Positions 18,768 to 29,385 of a stretch of DNA of 64,000 bases are shown here, one piece after another (the stretch's first letter is position 1; each line of letters begins with the position of its first letter). The DNA is from an uncultured Chloroflexia bacterium (lineage in GTDB: Bacteria > Chloroflexota > Limnocylindria > Limnocylindrales > CSP1-4). The position numbers and the translations under genes were made by a program. Location of the stretch: NCBI GenBank assembly GCA_963835945.1, contig CAWIHR010000010.1, forward strand, positions 5,857-69,856, written 5' to 3'. Below the pieces are notes generated by a model, which saw only the letters and a program-made list of their open reading frames with translations, searched no databases and was not told the DNA's origin.

Positions 18768-19456
18768 TCTGCGTCAGCGACGCGGTAGCCGACCCCGAAG
18801 ACGGTCTGCAGGCGGCGCGGATCACGCGGATCGTCCTCAATCTTGCGGCGGATGTTCTTGACATGCGCGTCGATGGCCCGCTCGTACGACTCGAACGCGA
18901 CGCCGTGGACGGCGTCGAGCAGCTGGGCGCGGGTGAAGACCCGGCCGGGTTCACGGGCCAACGTTGTCAGAATCTCGAACTCGGTGGGCGTGAGCTCCAC
19001 CCGGTGGCCGGCGACGGTTGTGCGCCGCCGAGGCAGGTCGAGCTCGAGGTCACCAACGCGGATGGCCTCGGCTGGCGTGGCGGCCGACTCCGTGCGTCGC
19101 AGGACCGCCCGCACGCGCGCGACAAGCTCCTTCGGGCTGAACGGCTTGGTCACGTAGTCGTCGGCGCCGAGCTCCAACCCGACGAGGCGATCGGACTCGT
19201 CGGCGCGCGCCGTCAGCATGATGATGGGCACCGCCGAGATGCGACGTAGCGACCGCGCAACGTCGAGACCGTCGACCCCCGGGATTCCGAGATCGAGCAC
19301 GATGAGATCCAGCCGGTGGCTTGCGACCAGGGCGCCGACGGCCGTGCCGTCCCCTGACACAAGCACCTCAAACCCGGCGTGCTCTAAGTAGTCGCACACG
19401 AGGCGGCGGATGTCCGCGTCGTCGTCGATCACGAGGATGCGTTTCATCACCGTCAT
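18764..19456 (-). CDS. OmpR/PhoB-family response regulator
   Basis: REC domain (KRILVIDDDADIRRLV...LDLIVLDLGIPGVDG...PIIMLTARADESDRLVGLELGADDYVTKPF) plus winged helix (LTPTEFEILTTLAREPGRVFTRAQLLD...RAIDAHVKNIRRKIE...LQTVFGVGYRV). Confidence 0.9.
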   Translation of the reverse strand: MTVMKRILVIDDDADIRRLVCDYLEHAGFEVLVSGDGTAVGALVASHRLDLIVLDLGIPGVDGLDVARSLRRISAVPIIMLTARADESDRLVGLELGADDYVTKPFSPKELVARVRAVLRRTESAATPAEAIRVGDLELDLPRRRTTVAGHRVELTPTEFEILTTLAREPGRVFTRAQLLDAVHGVAFESYERAIDAHVKNIRRKIEDDPRDPRRLQTVFGVGYRVADAD

Positions 19457-19600
19457 GGTAGGGATCGGGTGAGCGGCCACGCGGCTCGTGCGCCGCCCCA
19501 GACCCGACGAGGGTGACGCCGGGCAGCCCGAGAAGGCATCATCAAGGGTGCCTCCTCCCTGCTCCGGCGTCGCCAGCGCGCTCCCGTCAGGCCAGCCCAA

Positions 19601-19897
19601 TTAGGCCGTCGGGGGCTCGGTTGTTTGGGCCGTCTGGTGGGCGCGGGTATGCCAGGTGTCGAGCATCCCCTCGATCTTTGGCGGTAGCCGGAACGCGCCG
19701 GGCCCCTCGGCGTCTGATGCTCCGCCCCCGAAGCGCGCGTGATGGCCGTACCCTCGACCTGCGCCACCTGATGCAGGCCCCCATGCGGACTCCACCATTG
19801 CCCGGCGGTGCATGGCCCCCTTGGTGAGGATCAATGCTGCCGGGACGAGCAGCAGGAGCCCCCAGTTGGGGCTTCCGCCGCCGCATTTCTCGTTCAT
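19601..19897 (-). CDS. Small hypothetical membrane/secreted protein, first gene of the two-component operon
   Basis: GGAGGG lies 5 nt upstream of the ATG. The product is MNEKCGGGSPNWGLLLLVPAALILTKGAMHRRAMV...GHHARFGGGASDAEGPGAFRLPPKIEGMLDTWHTRAH. It has one hydrophobic helix, a His/Gly-rich tail and no recognised family. Confidence 0.45.
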   Translation of the reverse strand: MNEKCGGGSPNWGLLLLVPAALILTKGAMHRRAMVESAWGPASGGAGRGYGHHARFGGGASDAEGPGAFRLPPKIEGMLDTWHTRAHQTAQTTEPPTA

Positions 19898-20258
19898 GCT
19901 GCCCTCCGACGCTGCGGTCTGTTGGCTCTTCGCGAGACGTTCGCCCGCGATGACCACCATGCTCACGGCGAGTTGTGAAGCGGGCGTGAACGAGCTCCGG
20001 AGAACCTCGGGACAGATAACCCCCTGTCACTCACGCGTCATGCCCCCGGGAGGTTGCCATGGTGGGATTGCTCCGACGTGCTCTTGGACCTCCGACGCCT
20101 CGAGGGACAATAGGGCGGTGAGGGCGGATCAGCACGCACTGATCGTCAGGTCACGCTCGTATCGCTCGCCCTCGAGCTGCAGCTTCCCGAATGCGACGAG
20201 CCGCGGGATTAGCGCGAGCAAGTCGAACGGGGACTTGACCCCGGGCACCGCGGTACGG

Positions 20259-22004
20259 TCAGCTCGGAGGCGCCTCGGAGGCCTGTAGGGCAGTTGCTGC
20301 CGCGGTCGCCTGGCGCGTCCTGCGCAGCGGGATCTCTTCCAGGAAGAAGGCCGCCAAGAGGGCGACGAGGGTCAGCCCCGCGCTCAACACGAAGACTTCA
20401 CTGATCCCCTCCGCGATCCCCCCGTTGCGGATCGCCTCCAGGCGTGCAGCGATGGCAGCACCCGGCGCGCCATACGGTGCAAGCGCCTGGCCGATCTGCG
20501 CGTTCGTCGCGTTCATCAGCGCCAGGGCGCTCTTCGTGAGCGAGCCCATCTGGCTCTGCACTGCGGCAGGGAGCGACTGAAGGCCCGCCTGCAGCTGGGC
20601 GACGAAGCGGTTGGTCATCACCGAACCCAGAAGCGCCGCCCCAACGGCGCCCCCGATCGAACGGAAGAAGGCGAGCGACGCGGTCACCACACCCAGACGC
20701 TCAACCGGAAACGCGTTCTGCACGATGATGGTGTAGATGGCCATGCTTGAGCCCAGCCCGAGGCCGAGTACCACCATGTCGCGCACGAGCTCGTTGTTCC
20801 CCGTATGGACGGTCATGGTGCTCAGCATGTACATGCCCAGGGCGATGACGGCGGTGCCCACGATGGCCAGGATCTTGTAGCGGCCCGTGCGGCTCAGGAA
20901 CTGGCCACTCAGGATGCTGACGACGATGAGCCCCACCATCATCGGCTCCAAGATCACGCCGGAGTCGGTGGCCGACCGGCCCAGCACGTCCTGGACAAAG
21001 AGCGGGATGTAGAGGATCGCGCCGTACATACCGGCCATGGTGAGGAAGGTGATCACCGCGGACGCGGTGAAGTTCCGGTTGCCAAAAAGGTCCAGGGGAA
21101 GTGTGGGCTCCACGGAATGCCGCTCCACCAGGACGAATGCCACGAGCAGCACGAAGGCGACGGCCAGCAGGCCCAGAACCTGGGGGCTGTCCCAGCCGAA
21201 CGTCGAAGTCCCGTCCGGCTGCGTGCTCCCCAACGAGAGCGCAACGAGCAGGGGCACCACCCCTCCGATCAGCGCGGCCGACCCCCACCAGTCGATGACG
21301 GGGCGCCGCTGCAGCGCGGTGTGGCTCGGAAAGACCAGGAACACCGCCACCAGGGCGAGCAGGCCGAAGGGGACATTCACGTAGAACACCCAGCGCCAGC
21401 TCAGGTTGTCGGTGATGTAGCCACCCAGGGTCGGGCCCACGATCACCGCGACGCCGAAGACCGACGCGAGGAGCCCCTGGTACTTGCCGCGCTCGGCGGG
21501 CGGGAAGATGTCGCCGACGATGGCTTGGGCGATCGGGATCATCGCTCCGGCTCCCAGGCCCTGAAGGGTGCGGAACGCGATCAGCTCGTCCATCGAACGG
21601 GACTGCCCAGAGAGGATCGAGCCTGCCAGGAAGATGGCGATCCCCAGCATGTACAGCCATTTACGCCCGTAGATGTCGGAGACCTTGCCGAAGATCGGCA
21701 CCATCGCGGTTGAGGCGACCAGGTAGCCCGTGATGACCCAGCTGTAGTGCTCCAGACCATTGAGGGCTCCCACGATTTTCGGCAGGGCGGTGCCCACGAT
21801 CGTCTGATCGAGCGAGCCCAAGAACATGCCCAGCATGACCGCCCCGAGCGTGATGAACTGCCGGCGACGGTCGATGCGAACCGCGACCTCGTCGTCGGTG
21901 ATCCCGGACGAGACGAGTTGGGACGGCGCTGCAGACAGCGGGGCCTCGGCGGGGCTGGCACTGGCCTGCGGCACCGGCAGCTCAGCGTGCGCGTCCAAGC
22001 TCAC
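20259..22004 (-). CDS. MFS transporter, DHA2 (EmrB/QacA-like, 14-TMS) family
   Basis: 581 aa. LGAVMLGMFLGSLDQTIVGTALPKIVGALNGLEHYSWVITGYLVASTAMVPIFGKVSDIYGRK is the DHA2 N-terminal signature. GTG start with GGGAAAGGG upstream. Confidence 0.9.
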   Translation of the reverse strand: MSLDAHAELPVPQASASPAEAPLSAAPSQLVSSGITDDEVAVRIDRRRQFITLGAVMLGMFLGSLDQTIVGTALPKIVGALNGLEHYSWVITGYLVASTAMVPIFGKVSDIYGRKWLYMLGIAIFLAGSILSGQSRSMDELIAFRTLQGLGAGAMIPIAQAIVGDIFPPAERGKYQGLLASVFGVAVIVGPTLGGYITDNLSWRWVFYVNVPFGLLALVAVFLVFPSHTALQRRPVIDWWGSAALIGGVVPLLVALSLGSTQPDGTSTFGWDSPQVLGLLAVAFVLLVAFVLVERHSVEPTLPLDLFGNRNFTASAVITFLTMAGMYGAILYIPLFVQDVLGRSATDSGVILEPMMVGLIVVSILSGQFLSRTGRYKILAIVGTAVIALGMYMLSTMTVHTGNNELVRDMVVLGLGLGSSMAIYTIIVQNAFPVERLGVVTASLAFFRSIGGAVGAALLGSVMTNRFVAQLQAGLQSLPAAVQSQMGSLTKSALALMNATNAQIGQALAPYGAPGAAIAARLEAIRNGGIAEGISEVFVLSAGLTLVALLAAFFLEEIPLRRTRQATAAATALQASEAPPS

Positions 22005-22458
22005 GTTCCCTTTCCCCGGCGCGATCGATCACCCGAGTGAGCAGGAGGTCGAACTCGAAGAGCTCTTCGGACGACAGCAACGAGAGGACCTGCCGTAGGG
22101 CGTCGCTGCGCAGGCCGTCGACCTCGGCGACCAGCGCAGCTCCGGCCGCGGTGAGCCGGCAGTCGACCACACGGCGATCGTCCTCCCGGTGCTCGCGAAC
22201 GACCAGACCGTGATGTTCCAGGCGCTCGACCACTCCGGTCACGGTGGCCATGCCCACACCCAGCCAGCCAGCGAGATGACCCATGGGGGTCGGCCCAGCG
22301 CGGCGCAGCTTGAAGAGCAGCCGTAGCTGGCCGAACGTCAGGTCGGTCTGCGCGACCCAGGGCGGTACCTCAGGACGATGGAGATGGATCAGATCGGCAA
22401 GGTGCCGCAGCACCGTGTCGACGCCGTCTCCGGCATCCGCTGGCATCCTTTCGCCCAC
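21982..22458 (-). CDS. MarR-family transcriptional regulator
   Basis: TFGQLRLLFKLRRAGPTPMGHLAGWLGVGMATVTGVVERLEHHGLVVREHREDDRRVVDCRLTAAG is a wHTH. It overlaps the MFS start by 23 nt, so the two form a likely operon. The exact start is uncertain. Confidence 0.85.
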   Translation of the reverse strand: MGERMPADAGDGVDTVLRHLADLIHLHRPEVPPWVAQTDLTFGQLRLLFKLRRAGPTPMGHLAGWLGVGMATVTGVVERLEHHGLVVREHREDDRRVVDCRLTAAGAALVAEVDGLRSDALRQVLSLLSSEELFEFDLLLTRVIDRAGERERELGRAR

Positions 22459-22650
22459 GGGCAGATAGTTAGTGCACTAGCGAACCATGCGGCTAGGGCT
22501 ATATGGCCCAACCTGTTCCGGCGAACTGTTGCAGCATCCGGCGCGCAGGGCTGGGGATGCAGTCGGGCGCGGAGACCCGAACTGACTGCGGCGGGCCCGC
22601 ACGATGGCAACGTCGTGCTCTCCTGTGGCGTCTCGCAAGGCACCCGAGAC

Positions 22651-23700
22651 CTACGCCGGGCGGCCATTCGACGGCGTCCGCAGGACATGCCAGGCCGCCA
22701 AGGTCACGAACGGGTTGCTCGTGCGTCGTCCCGTCGGCCCCCAGTCGGCGAAGGTGCCCCGACTCGTGACCCGCTCACGGGTCACTGCCGTGTAGTCCTC
22801 GCGCGGGAAACCGCCATCGGGCAGGCACTTCGCGATCAGCAGGGCCCGCGCATCGGCCATCCGGGGATCGCCTGCGTGCCCGGACTCGGTGAGGACCTGG
22901 AGGGCGAAGAGCAGGTCGTAGAACTGGATGGGACAGTGAATGCGGTCCACGGGACCGCCCCAGGACGGCCGTATCAGGGCGCCGTCGCGACGACGCCACA
23001 GCAGCCGCCGGCTGAGCAGCAGCTCGGCCGCCCGGTCGGCCGCCGCGAGCGCCCCTGCGTGCCCGTGGCGCATCCCGAAGACCCAGAGGGCCCGCAGTGG
23101 GATGGCCGTCTCCTGAAACGAGGAGTTGCGGGCGGCGGGACGCTTGTCGCAGTTCCAGCCGCCGTCGGGCCACTGCCAGACGATGAGCCGCTCCACGAGG
23201 GTGAGGGTCCGCTCGTCTTCGAGCCCGAGCCGGAGCGAGGACCACACGGCATTGCCTTCCTGCGAAGCGCAGCGGCGCACGCGCTCTGGCTGTTCGGGAT
23301 AGGAGACCGTGCCGGGCGGGCGCAGGTGCGCCCGGGAGAACAGCCACTCGTAGACCTGGTCCCGCAGCGGCAGCAGGGTCGGGTCGCCGGCGGGGTAGTC
23401 CAGCAGAGCCAGGCTCACGAGCGTCCAGTGGGGCCCCTGCCACTTGGCGTAGGGGTGCAGGTGGATCGTGCCGTTCGGTTCGCGGTGCGACAGGAGTGCC
23501 CGGGACCTCGGAGAGTCGGCGATCGCGGCGCGCAGGGTGTGAGCTTCCTCCGACTCTGGGTCGAGCGCGCCGGCAAGGACCCGGGCCCGATAGGCGAGCG
23601 TCGGATCGGACGACTCGGTCAACCGCGCCACCAGATCCGACGTCGCCGCTGAGACGCCGCCCACGGCGCTGCCGTTTGCGGAAGCCAGCCAGGTCATCAC
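22651..23700 (-). CDS. Hypothetical protein with a prenyltransferase / squalene-cyclase-like (alpha-alpha toroid) flavour
   Basis: 349 aa. The repeated aromatic/Gly motifs (WQWPDGGWNCD, LPDGGFP) are of the kind seen in terpenoid-cyclase/prenyltransferase repeats. The family call is tentative. Confidence 0.55.
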   Translation of the reverse strand: MMTWLASANGSAVGGVSAATSDLVARLTESSDPTLAYRARVLAGALDPESEEAHTLRAAIADSPRSRALLSHREPNGTIHLHPYAKWQGPHWTLVSLALLDYPAGDPTLLPLRDQVYEWLFSRAHLRPPGTVSYPEQPERVRRCASQEGNAVWSSLRLGLEDERTLTLVERLIVWQWPDGGWNCDKRPAARNSSFQETAIPLRALWVFGMRHGHAGALAAADRAAELLLSRRLLWRRRDGALIRPSWGGPVDRIHCPIQFYDLLFALQVLTESGHAGDPRMADARALLIAKCLPDGGFPREDYTAVTRERVTSRGTFADWGPTGRRTSNPFVTLAAWHVLRTPSNGRPA

Positions 23701-23971
23701 TGGTGGAGTCTACCGATCGGCTCTTGCTCCGAGAACCGCCCTTTCATGGGACCGAGCGTCGCCACACGACGGGCGAGATCGTGATGTCACCCTCGTCAGT
23801 TCCCGTGAGTCATATCGCGAGTGCACTACGCAAGCTCCGATGCGTCCGCGCAGCGATCGGTCGTCGGCGGTGAGGCTGTCGCCCATCGCTCCCCTCTTTC
23901 AGCCGGCCGTCGAATGTGTGCGGAGACGTACTTGGCGGTGACCTCGGCTAAGGTTCCACTGGCCGAGCGTC

Positions 23972-24964
23972 CTAGCTGACCGGCTGTCCGGCGAGCGCGG
24001 CCGCGATCACGGTCTGCGCGGCGTCGATGGGGATGGAGAAGGAAACGCCTTGCGCGTCGGAGCTTGTGGCGCTGTTGACGCCGATGACCCGCCCGCCGGC
24101 ATCCAGCAAGGGCCCACCGCTGTTGCCCGGGTTGATGGGAGCATCGGTCTGGATGAGGCCCGTCACCCTGCTGCCCTGCACGTCGATCGAGCGGTCGAGG
24201 CCGGAGATCACGCCGGTCGTGACCGAGTCGGGATACTCCCCGAGCGGCGTGCCGATGGCCACCACGGGCTGGCCAACGTTCAGGGACCGCGACGACCCGA
24301 GGGCTGCGGTGGGCAGGCCCGACGCGTCGACCTTCACTACTGCGAGGTCCATCGTGCTCGACACGCCATACACGCGCCCGGACAGCTGTCGTCCGCTGGC
24401 CAGCTGGATGCTGAGGGCGTCGGCTCCCGCGACCACGTGCGCGTTCGTCAAGATCAAGCCGCTGGCGCCGAAGATGATGCCGGAGCCCACGTTCGTCTGC
24501 TGGAACGACTGCGAGCCGAAGAAGCCGTACCCGCTCTGGGTGGTGGTGGCGGTGATCGTCACCACGCTGGGGATGGCCCGGGCTGCGATGGTGACGACGG
24601 GCAGGGCAGACCCGGCGCTCGTCAGCTGGGTCGTATCCGCTGGCGGCGTGGCGAGGAAGCCTGCCTGCGTTGTTGCGGCCGATGTGCTGGCGGCGGGAGC
24701 TTGCACGACTGCCGCGGCACTCGGGGAAGGGCTGCTGGGCCCGCCCGAGGGCTCCGCGACCCGCAAGACGACGTACGACCCGGTAGCCGTAAGCAGGGCA
24801 CTCAGCAGCGCGGCCAGCAGCGCCGTGCGGAAGGTCGAGGGACGGCCCGGTGGTCGCCCGGACGGGCCGCGCTCCCACCGCTCCCATCCGGTGATGGCAC
24901 CTGAGGTCGGCCGCGTGTCGATCGGCTCAGTCGGTCTGGTGTTGGGGCGCTGATACGAGTCCAT
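23972..24964 (-). CDS. S1C (HtrA/DegP-like) trypsin-type serine protease, membrane-anchored, no PDZ seen
   Basis: Catalytic triad context: TNAHVV (His), DLAVVKV (Asp), TDAPINPGNSGGPLLD (Ser). It has an N-terminal TM helix. Start placed at ATG 24964 with GGGAAGGAAG upstream; the track ORF extends to 25021. Confidence 0.85.
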   Translation of the reverse strand: MDSYQRPNTRPTEPIDTRPTSGAITGWERWERGPSGRPPGRPSTFRTALLAALLSALLTATGSYVVLRVAEPSGGPSSPSPSAAAVVQAPAASTSAATTQAGFLATPPADTTQLTSAGSALPVVTIAARAIPSVVTITATTTQSGYGFFGSQSFQQTNVGSGIIFGASGLILTNAHVVAGADALSIQLASGRQLSGRVYGVSSTMDLAVVKVDASGLPTAALGSSRSLNVGQPVVAIGTPLGEYPDSVTTGVISGLDRSIDVQGSRVTGLIQTDAPINPGNSGGPLLDAGGRVIGVNSATSSDAQGVSFSIPIDAAQTVIAAALAGQPVS

Positions 24965-25088
24965 GCTTCCTTCCCTGCGGAGTGTTCGCGTGCCAACGTC
25001 ATCTGGTTGCCTGAATGTCACTCCGACGCCTTAAAACAGCCTGAAGAATTGGCTGGACACCCGACGTCAGGGGCGGGCACCCGTCCGT

Positions 25089-25200
25089 CCCCTTGTTGGT
25101 CTTGCCCTCGGCGATGCACTGGAGGATCTGCTGCTCCTGGGGAGTGAGCACGGCAAACGTTGGAGTGGTAAAGGCCGTCGGCGGACGGATGTGACGTGGG
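25089..25200 (-). pseudogene. Remnant of a LuxR-type HTH
   Basis: My translation gives ...TPTFAVLTPQEQQILQCIAEGKTNKG, then diverges. This is the first half of the LuxR/GerE HTH, with no start codon and no second helix. Confidence 0.3.
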
Positions 25201-25374
25201 CGTGGGTATCCCTGTCGGTCCCCGAGGACACCCGGCGGTCATCGGTGGCGGACAGTTGGCCCGACCATGGCGGCGCGATGGTCTGACGTCGCGCGAGGTG
25301 ATGCGAACCAACACTGTAGCCCGATGATGGGCCTGCCGGGATCGCCATCCCGCGGTCGCGTCTCAGCGACCGGC

Positions 25375-26160
25375 TCAGGAGCGACTCTCCGAGTGAACGG
25401 CCGGACGCACGACCCAGCGGCAGCCCAGCAGCTCGACCGTCCGGCCGGCCGGCACGGGCACGGCGAGGCGGATGACGGCCGACACGCTGCCAGTGCGCCG
25501 GGGACGTAGCCGCACGAGCTGCGCGCCGATGGTGGCATCGCGGCCGCCACCGCCCGCGAGGGATGGGCGGAAGCGCAGACCCGTCGTGCGCAGAAAGCGC
25601 TGGAGCGTCTGGTTGACGTCGTCGACGATTAGCTCCAGCACCTCGAGCCGCACTGGGCCTCCGAGCGGGTGCACCAGGGCCAGGCGCGCGTCCCGCTCAG
25701 CTGGCCTCCACTCGGCCGCGGTCGGGTCATGCTCGATGAGGAAGGGCGCTTCGGACGGGCCGAGGAGGCGGGGCGCCGCGACGCGCCAGCGGACGAGCGC
25801 CCCGTCGCCGCGTCTCCGCTGGCCGGCGATGGGCGCGCCCAGCTCAGAACCGGCGACGCGCAGCGCCTCCAGGTCGGGTTCGAGCGCGTCGCTCGCGATG
25901 GCCCACGTCGCGAGGCCGCCTCCGCGTGCGAGCATCTCTAGTGTCGGTGCACCGATCCACGATCGTGCGGCAAGGGCGCGATCAAAGACCCCGATGAGCT
26001 CGAGGTACGTGTCCCCGAGCCACACCAGCCGGTTGAAGGTACCCTCGGCCTCGTGCCGCCCTCCGCCGCTGGCGGCAAGGCCGAGCTCGCGTTCGAGCTG
26101 CGCTGCCGCGGCGTCGGGATCAGGTACGGCGATGACGAGATGGTCGATGCCGAGGAGCAT
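25375..26160 (-). CDS. Glyoxalase-like / VOC-superfamily protein
   Basis: From ATG 26160: MLLGIDHLVIAVPDPDAAAAQLERELGLAASGGGRHEAEGTFNRLVWLGDTYLELIGV..., the typical N-terminus of glyoxalase-like domain proteins. 261 aa. Confidence 0.6.
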   Translation of the reverse strand: MLLGIDHLVIAVPDPDAAAAQLERELGLAASGGGRHEAEGTFNRLVWLGDTYLELIGVFDRALAARSWIGAPTLEMLARGGGLATWAIASDALEPDLEALRVAGSELGAPIAGQRRRGDGALVRWRVAAPRLLGPSEAPFLIEHDPTAAEWRPAERDARLALVHPLGGPVRLEVLELIVDDVNQTLQRFLRTTGLRFRPSLAGGGGRDATIGAQLVRLRPRRTGSVSAVIRLAVPVPAGRTVELLGCRWVVRPAVHSESRS

Positions 26161-26570
26161 CCGGGCACTGTAGCGCCCGCCGGGGATGGAGCGGCTTGCC
26201 CTACACCCCGAGCAGTCCTCACCGTATTGCCGGACCGACCGAGGCAGGCTCGAACATGAGCGGCTGGCGGGCGCCAGCCCGAGCCTCACGCTCGGACTGC
26301 TGGTTGCACTACTTCCCGCTCGACGCGCTCAACGGCTGCGACGAAGGCGTCGGGTTGGCAGAGATCGAAGGGCGCCCTCGACCCTACAGACGAGACCCGC
26401 GCGACCCGGTCAGGTGGCGGCCTCGGAAGGGAGGGTGCGCTATCGTGCCGCCTGTCCGAGAGAGATCCGTAGCGTGGCGATGACGGGCTTGAGCCTGGAC
26501 GGGGACGCGTCGCTGGACTGCACCGGCGAGCGTCCAGCGCGGCTTCTGCTGCCAATAGCCGGTCGGTCGC

Positions 26571-27119
26571 TCATCGCCGGACTTCTCCCGGCGCGGCGAG
26601 GTCGTGCGCGATCTGGTCGGCCCATGCGTCGATCGCCAGCCAGTCGCGGAAGTCCCCCTTGGGGAGCGCGTCCTTCCCGGCCGGCATCAGGGCCATGAAT
26701 CGCTCCGCGAAGCCGACCGGCTTGGCGGCGGGATCCACGGCTCCGAAGAACACTTTCTCGCCCCGCGGGTGGATCGCTTCCCGCAGCTCGGGGAACTCCT
26801 TCGGGATGGTCGTCTCCAGGACGTCCCGGCCCTGCTTGTCAACGGTGTCCGTACCGAGCGGGCCGCTGCTGAACAGCCAGGTGGGCCGTTCCGCGAGTAG
26901 GGTCCGGTGGCGCTTCACGAACGTCGTCGCGTCCTTGAGCCAGTGGAACATGTATGCGGCGCCGCCGACGACGAACGCGTCGTACCGCGATGCGTCGCGG
27001 ACTTCCACGGCGGGCCGCACCTCCGCGTCGAAACCGTCGGCGCGGAGCCGCTCCGCGATCCGCTCGGCGATCCCCTGTGTCGAGCCATGGCGACTGGCGT
27101 AGGTGACCAGGATCGACAT
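26571..27119 (-). CDS. Flavodoxin-domain protein (HemG-like)
   Basis: Only the last 182 aa of track ORF 26571-28034 are used: MSILVTYASRHGSTQGIAERIAERLRADGFDAEV...YDAFVVGGAAYMFHW. AGAGGAG lies 8 nt upstream of the ATG. Confidence 0.75.
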   Translation of the reverse strand: MSILVTYASRHGSTQGIAERIAERLRADGFDAEVRPAVEVRDASRYDAFVVGGAAYMFHWLKDATTFVKRHRTLLAERPTWLFSSGPLGTDTVDKQGRDVLETTIPKEFPELREAIHPRGEKVFFGAVDPAAKPVGFAERFMALMPAGKDALPKGDFRDWLAIDAWADQIAHDLAAPGEVRR

Positions 27120-27326
27120 CGAGCGAGCTCCTCTGCCGTGCGGCGGGCCGTTGCGGCGAGGATGTCCGACGCCGAGCCCGGGCTCCAAGGGCCGGAAGGC
27201 CACCCTCGGCCCCGACGGATGGCCCGCCGTCCTTAGTGCCCGGGCGTGCGGGATCGGTCTCGGCGAGAATGCCCGGGGCGATGGCCACACCCGGATCATC
27301 GGCCCTGCTCCTGCCGAGGGTTCGGC

Positions 27327-28052
27327 GTGACCGACCTGACCATCGAGACGCCGACCACGCACCTGCCCGCCTACTTGGCACGGCCAACGGGCGAAGGGCC
27401 GTGGCCGGGTGTCCTCGTCATCCACGACGCCGGGGGCATGAGCAAGGACCTCCGGCGCCAGGCCGACTGGCTCGCCGCCGCAGGCTACCTCGCGGTCGCG
27501 CCAGATCTCTTCTCGCGGGGCAACCTGTATCGGTGCCTGTTCGCGACGATGGCCGACCTCCGCGCGGGCAAGGGACGCTCGTTCGGCGACGTCGAGGCAG
27601 CGCGCGCCTGGCTGGCAGCGCGGCCGGATTGCACCGGGAGGGTTGGCGTCATTGGCTTCTGCATGGGCGGCGGATTCGCTCTCGCCCTTGCCCCCAGGCA
27701 CGGGTTCGCCGCCGCGAGCGTCAACTACGGGACAGTCCCGGCCGAGCCACTGACGGCATTGCGCGACGCCTGCCCGATCGTCGCGAGCTATGGTGCGCAG
27801 GACCGCTCGCTCAACGGAGCCGCAGCGCGCCTCGACGGGATCCTGACGAGCCTCAAGATCGAGCACGACGTGAAGGAGTACCCGGACGCAGGGCACTCGT
27901 TCATGAACGACCACCGCGACGAGAAGACCCCGTGGCTGTTCGCGTTGATGGGCCGGTTCACGGGGGGCGTCGACTATGTCGAGCCGGCCGCCCTCGACGC
28001 CCGCGGCCGGATCGAGGCGTTCTTCGCGCACCACCTGCGGGACGGCGGCTGA
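27327..28052 (+). CDS. Dienelactone hydrolase family protein
   Basis: GTG start with GAGGG upstream. [38 protein letters not shown]...[13 protein letters not shown]...YPDAGHSF carries the nucleophile elbow and the terminal His. Confidence 0.85.
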   Translation: MTDLTIETPTTHLPAYLARPTGEGPWPGVLVIHDAGGMSKDLRRQADWLAAAGYLAVAPDLFSRGNLYRCLFATMADLRAGKGRSFGDVEAARAWLAARPDCTGRVGVIGFCMGGGFALALAPRHGFAAASVNYGTVPAEPLTALRDACPIVASYGAQDRSLNGAAARLDGILTSLKIEHDVKEYPDAGHSFMNDHRDEKTPWLFALMGRFTGGVDYVEPAALDARGRIEAFFAHHLRDGG

Positions 28053-28246
28053 GCCACCGACCCACGGGAGGCACCACGGCCACGCGCCGGGGGAACCGTC
28101 AGGACGCTCGATCGGGCCGGGGCTCCAGGACTACGACCGCCGTCTCCGACGGCCGCAGCGTCGCGTACAAGTCGGCAAGGCTCGGGGGCCCGCCGTCACG
28201 AGCGAACGCCCGCCGTCGAGCTCTGCCTCTTGCTGACGAGCGGCCG

Positions 28247-28642
28247 CTACTCGGTGGCCTTGCCATCGAAATGTTCAGGCGCGGCGTCGGCGTCTGCCTT
28301 CGTCCGGCGCACGACACCATCACGATGCTCGGGCGGGCCATAGAGCGTGTACAGCTTGAGCGGCGCGGAGCCGACGCTGCGCACGTTGTGGCGGGCGCCG
28401 GCAGGCACGATCATCGCGAAGTCGGCCGTCACGCGGTGCGTCGTGCCGTCGATGGTGATTTCGCCGTCGCCGGCCTCGACGCGGAAGAACTGGTCACGAT
28501 CCTCGTGCACCTCCGAGCCAATCTCCTCACCGGGCGCGAGGGTCATCAGCACGAGCTGGAGATGCTGACCGGTGTAGAGCACGCGGCGGAAGTCCGCGTT
28601 GCCCTCGGTGAGCCGCCCGATGTCGTCAACGAAGCCCTTCAT
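28247..28642 (-). CDS. Cupin-domain protein
   Basis: 131 aa. LMTLAPGEEIGSEVHEDRDQFFRVEAGDGEITIDG...IVPAGARHNVRSVG contains cupin motifs 1 and 2. Confidence 0.75.
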   Translation of the reverse strand: MKGFVDDIGRLTEGNADFRRVLYTGQHLQLVLMTLAPGEEIGSEVHEDRDQFFRVEAGDGEITIDGTTHRVTADFAMIVPAGARHNVRSVGSAPLKLYTLYGPPEHRDGVVRRTKADADAAPEHFDGKATE

Positions 28643-29385
28643 GGCTGTCCGCCGTCTCCTTCATCCGTGGACCCCCGGCGCGTCGTGCGGGAAGCGCCGG
28701 CGTGCCGTCGATTGTCACCAGTCGAGCCTACACGCGGCTCGCGGTCCGCCCCAGTGCCGGACCGCCCCTCCGCCGCCGAAGCTCGCTGGGAGTGCAGTAG
28801 AGATGCGCGTTGCGGAGCGGCCTGGCGCCTGCTCGTTACGCATCAGGTTCTGCGTTGGCGAGGCCGGGCAGGTGCGCGGCTAAGGGGTGGGGACTCCGGC
28901 CTGGCCTGACTGCAATCTTGCGATCTACTGGCGCCTCTGTCCGAGCCCTAGCCTGACGTCGGTGGCGGGCAGCAAGCGCCTGCCGAGTTGTAGTGCGGCA
29001 CCTTCTCGTCCACCTGACTACCACCCCAGGGCGAAGAGAGCCCGTGGACGGCGACCGGATCACGGCGGGCCCGGTGGCGCCAGCAGCCGGCGGGTCCGCT
29101 TTCGCACGATGGCCAAAGTGTCTCCGGACGCTGGCCCCCCTCAGGTGGCGGGCGAGGCCCACGTGACCGGCACGGGTGGTGTCGGCCCGCCGTGGCGGCT
29201 GCGCCAGGCAGTCCAGCCAGCCAGGAGCGGTCCACCGAGCCCGACCACGCTGACGACGGCCTCCGCCCACGGACCACGGGCTCCCTGCTGGGGGCTCCTG
29301 GCCGCCGCTCGCCCGGACGTACACTGCCCACCGAACGTGACGCCCGAACATCGAACGTCCGAGCTTAGGAAGGTGCCGCGCCGCG

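Noticed and set aside
26571-28034. 487-aa minus-strand ORF
   Set aside because: Only the last 182 codons (the flavodoxin-like protein with its own SD and ATG at 27119) look coding. The upstream part is antisense to the dienelactone hydrolase gene.
28660-29385. About 0.7 kb without a gene between the cupin and ferredoxin-NADP reductase genes; several 100-190-aa track ORFs
   Set aside because: All six frames translate to Arg/Pro/Gly-rich sequence with no motif or convincing start. It may be a decayed gene or a long leader, but nothing can be supported.
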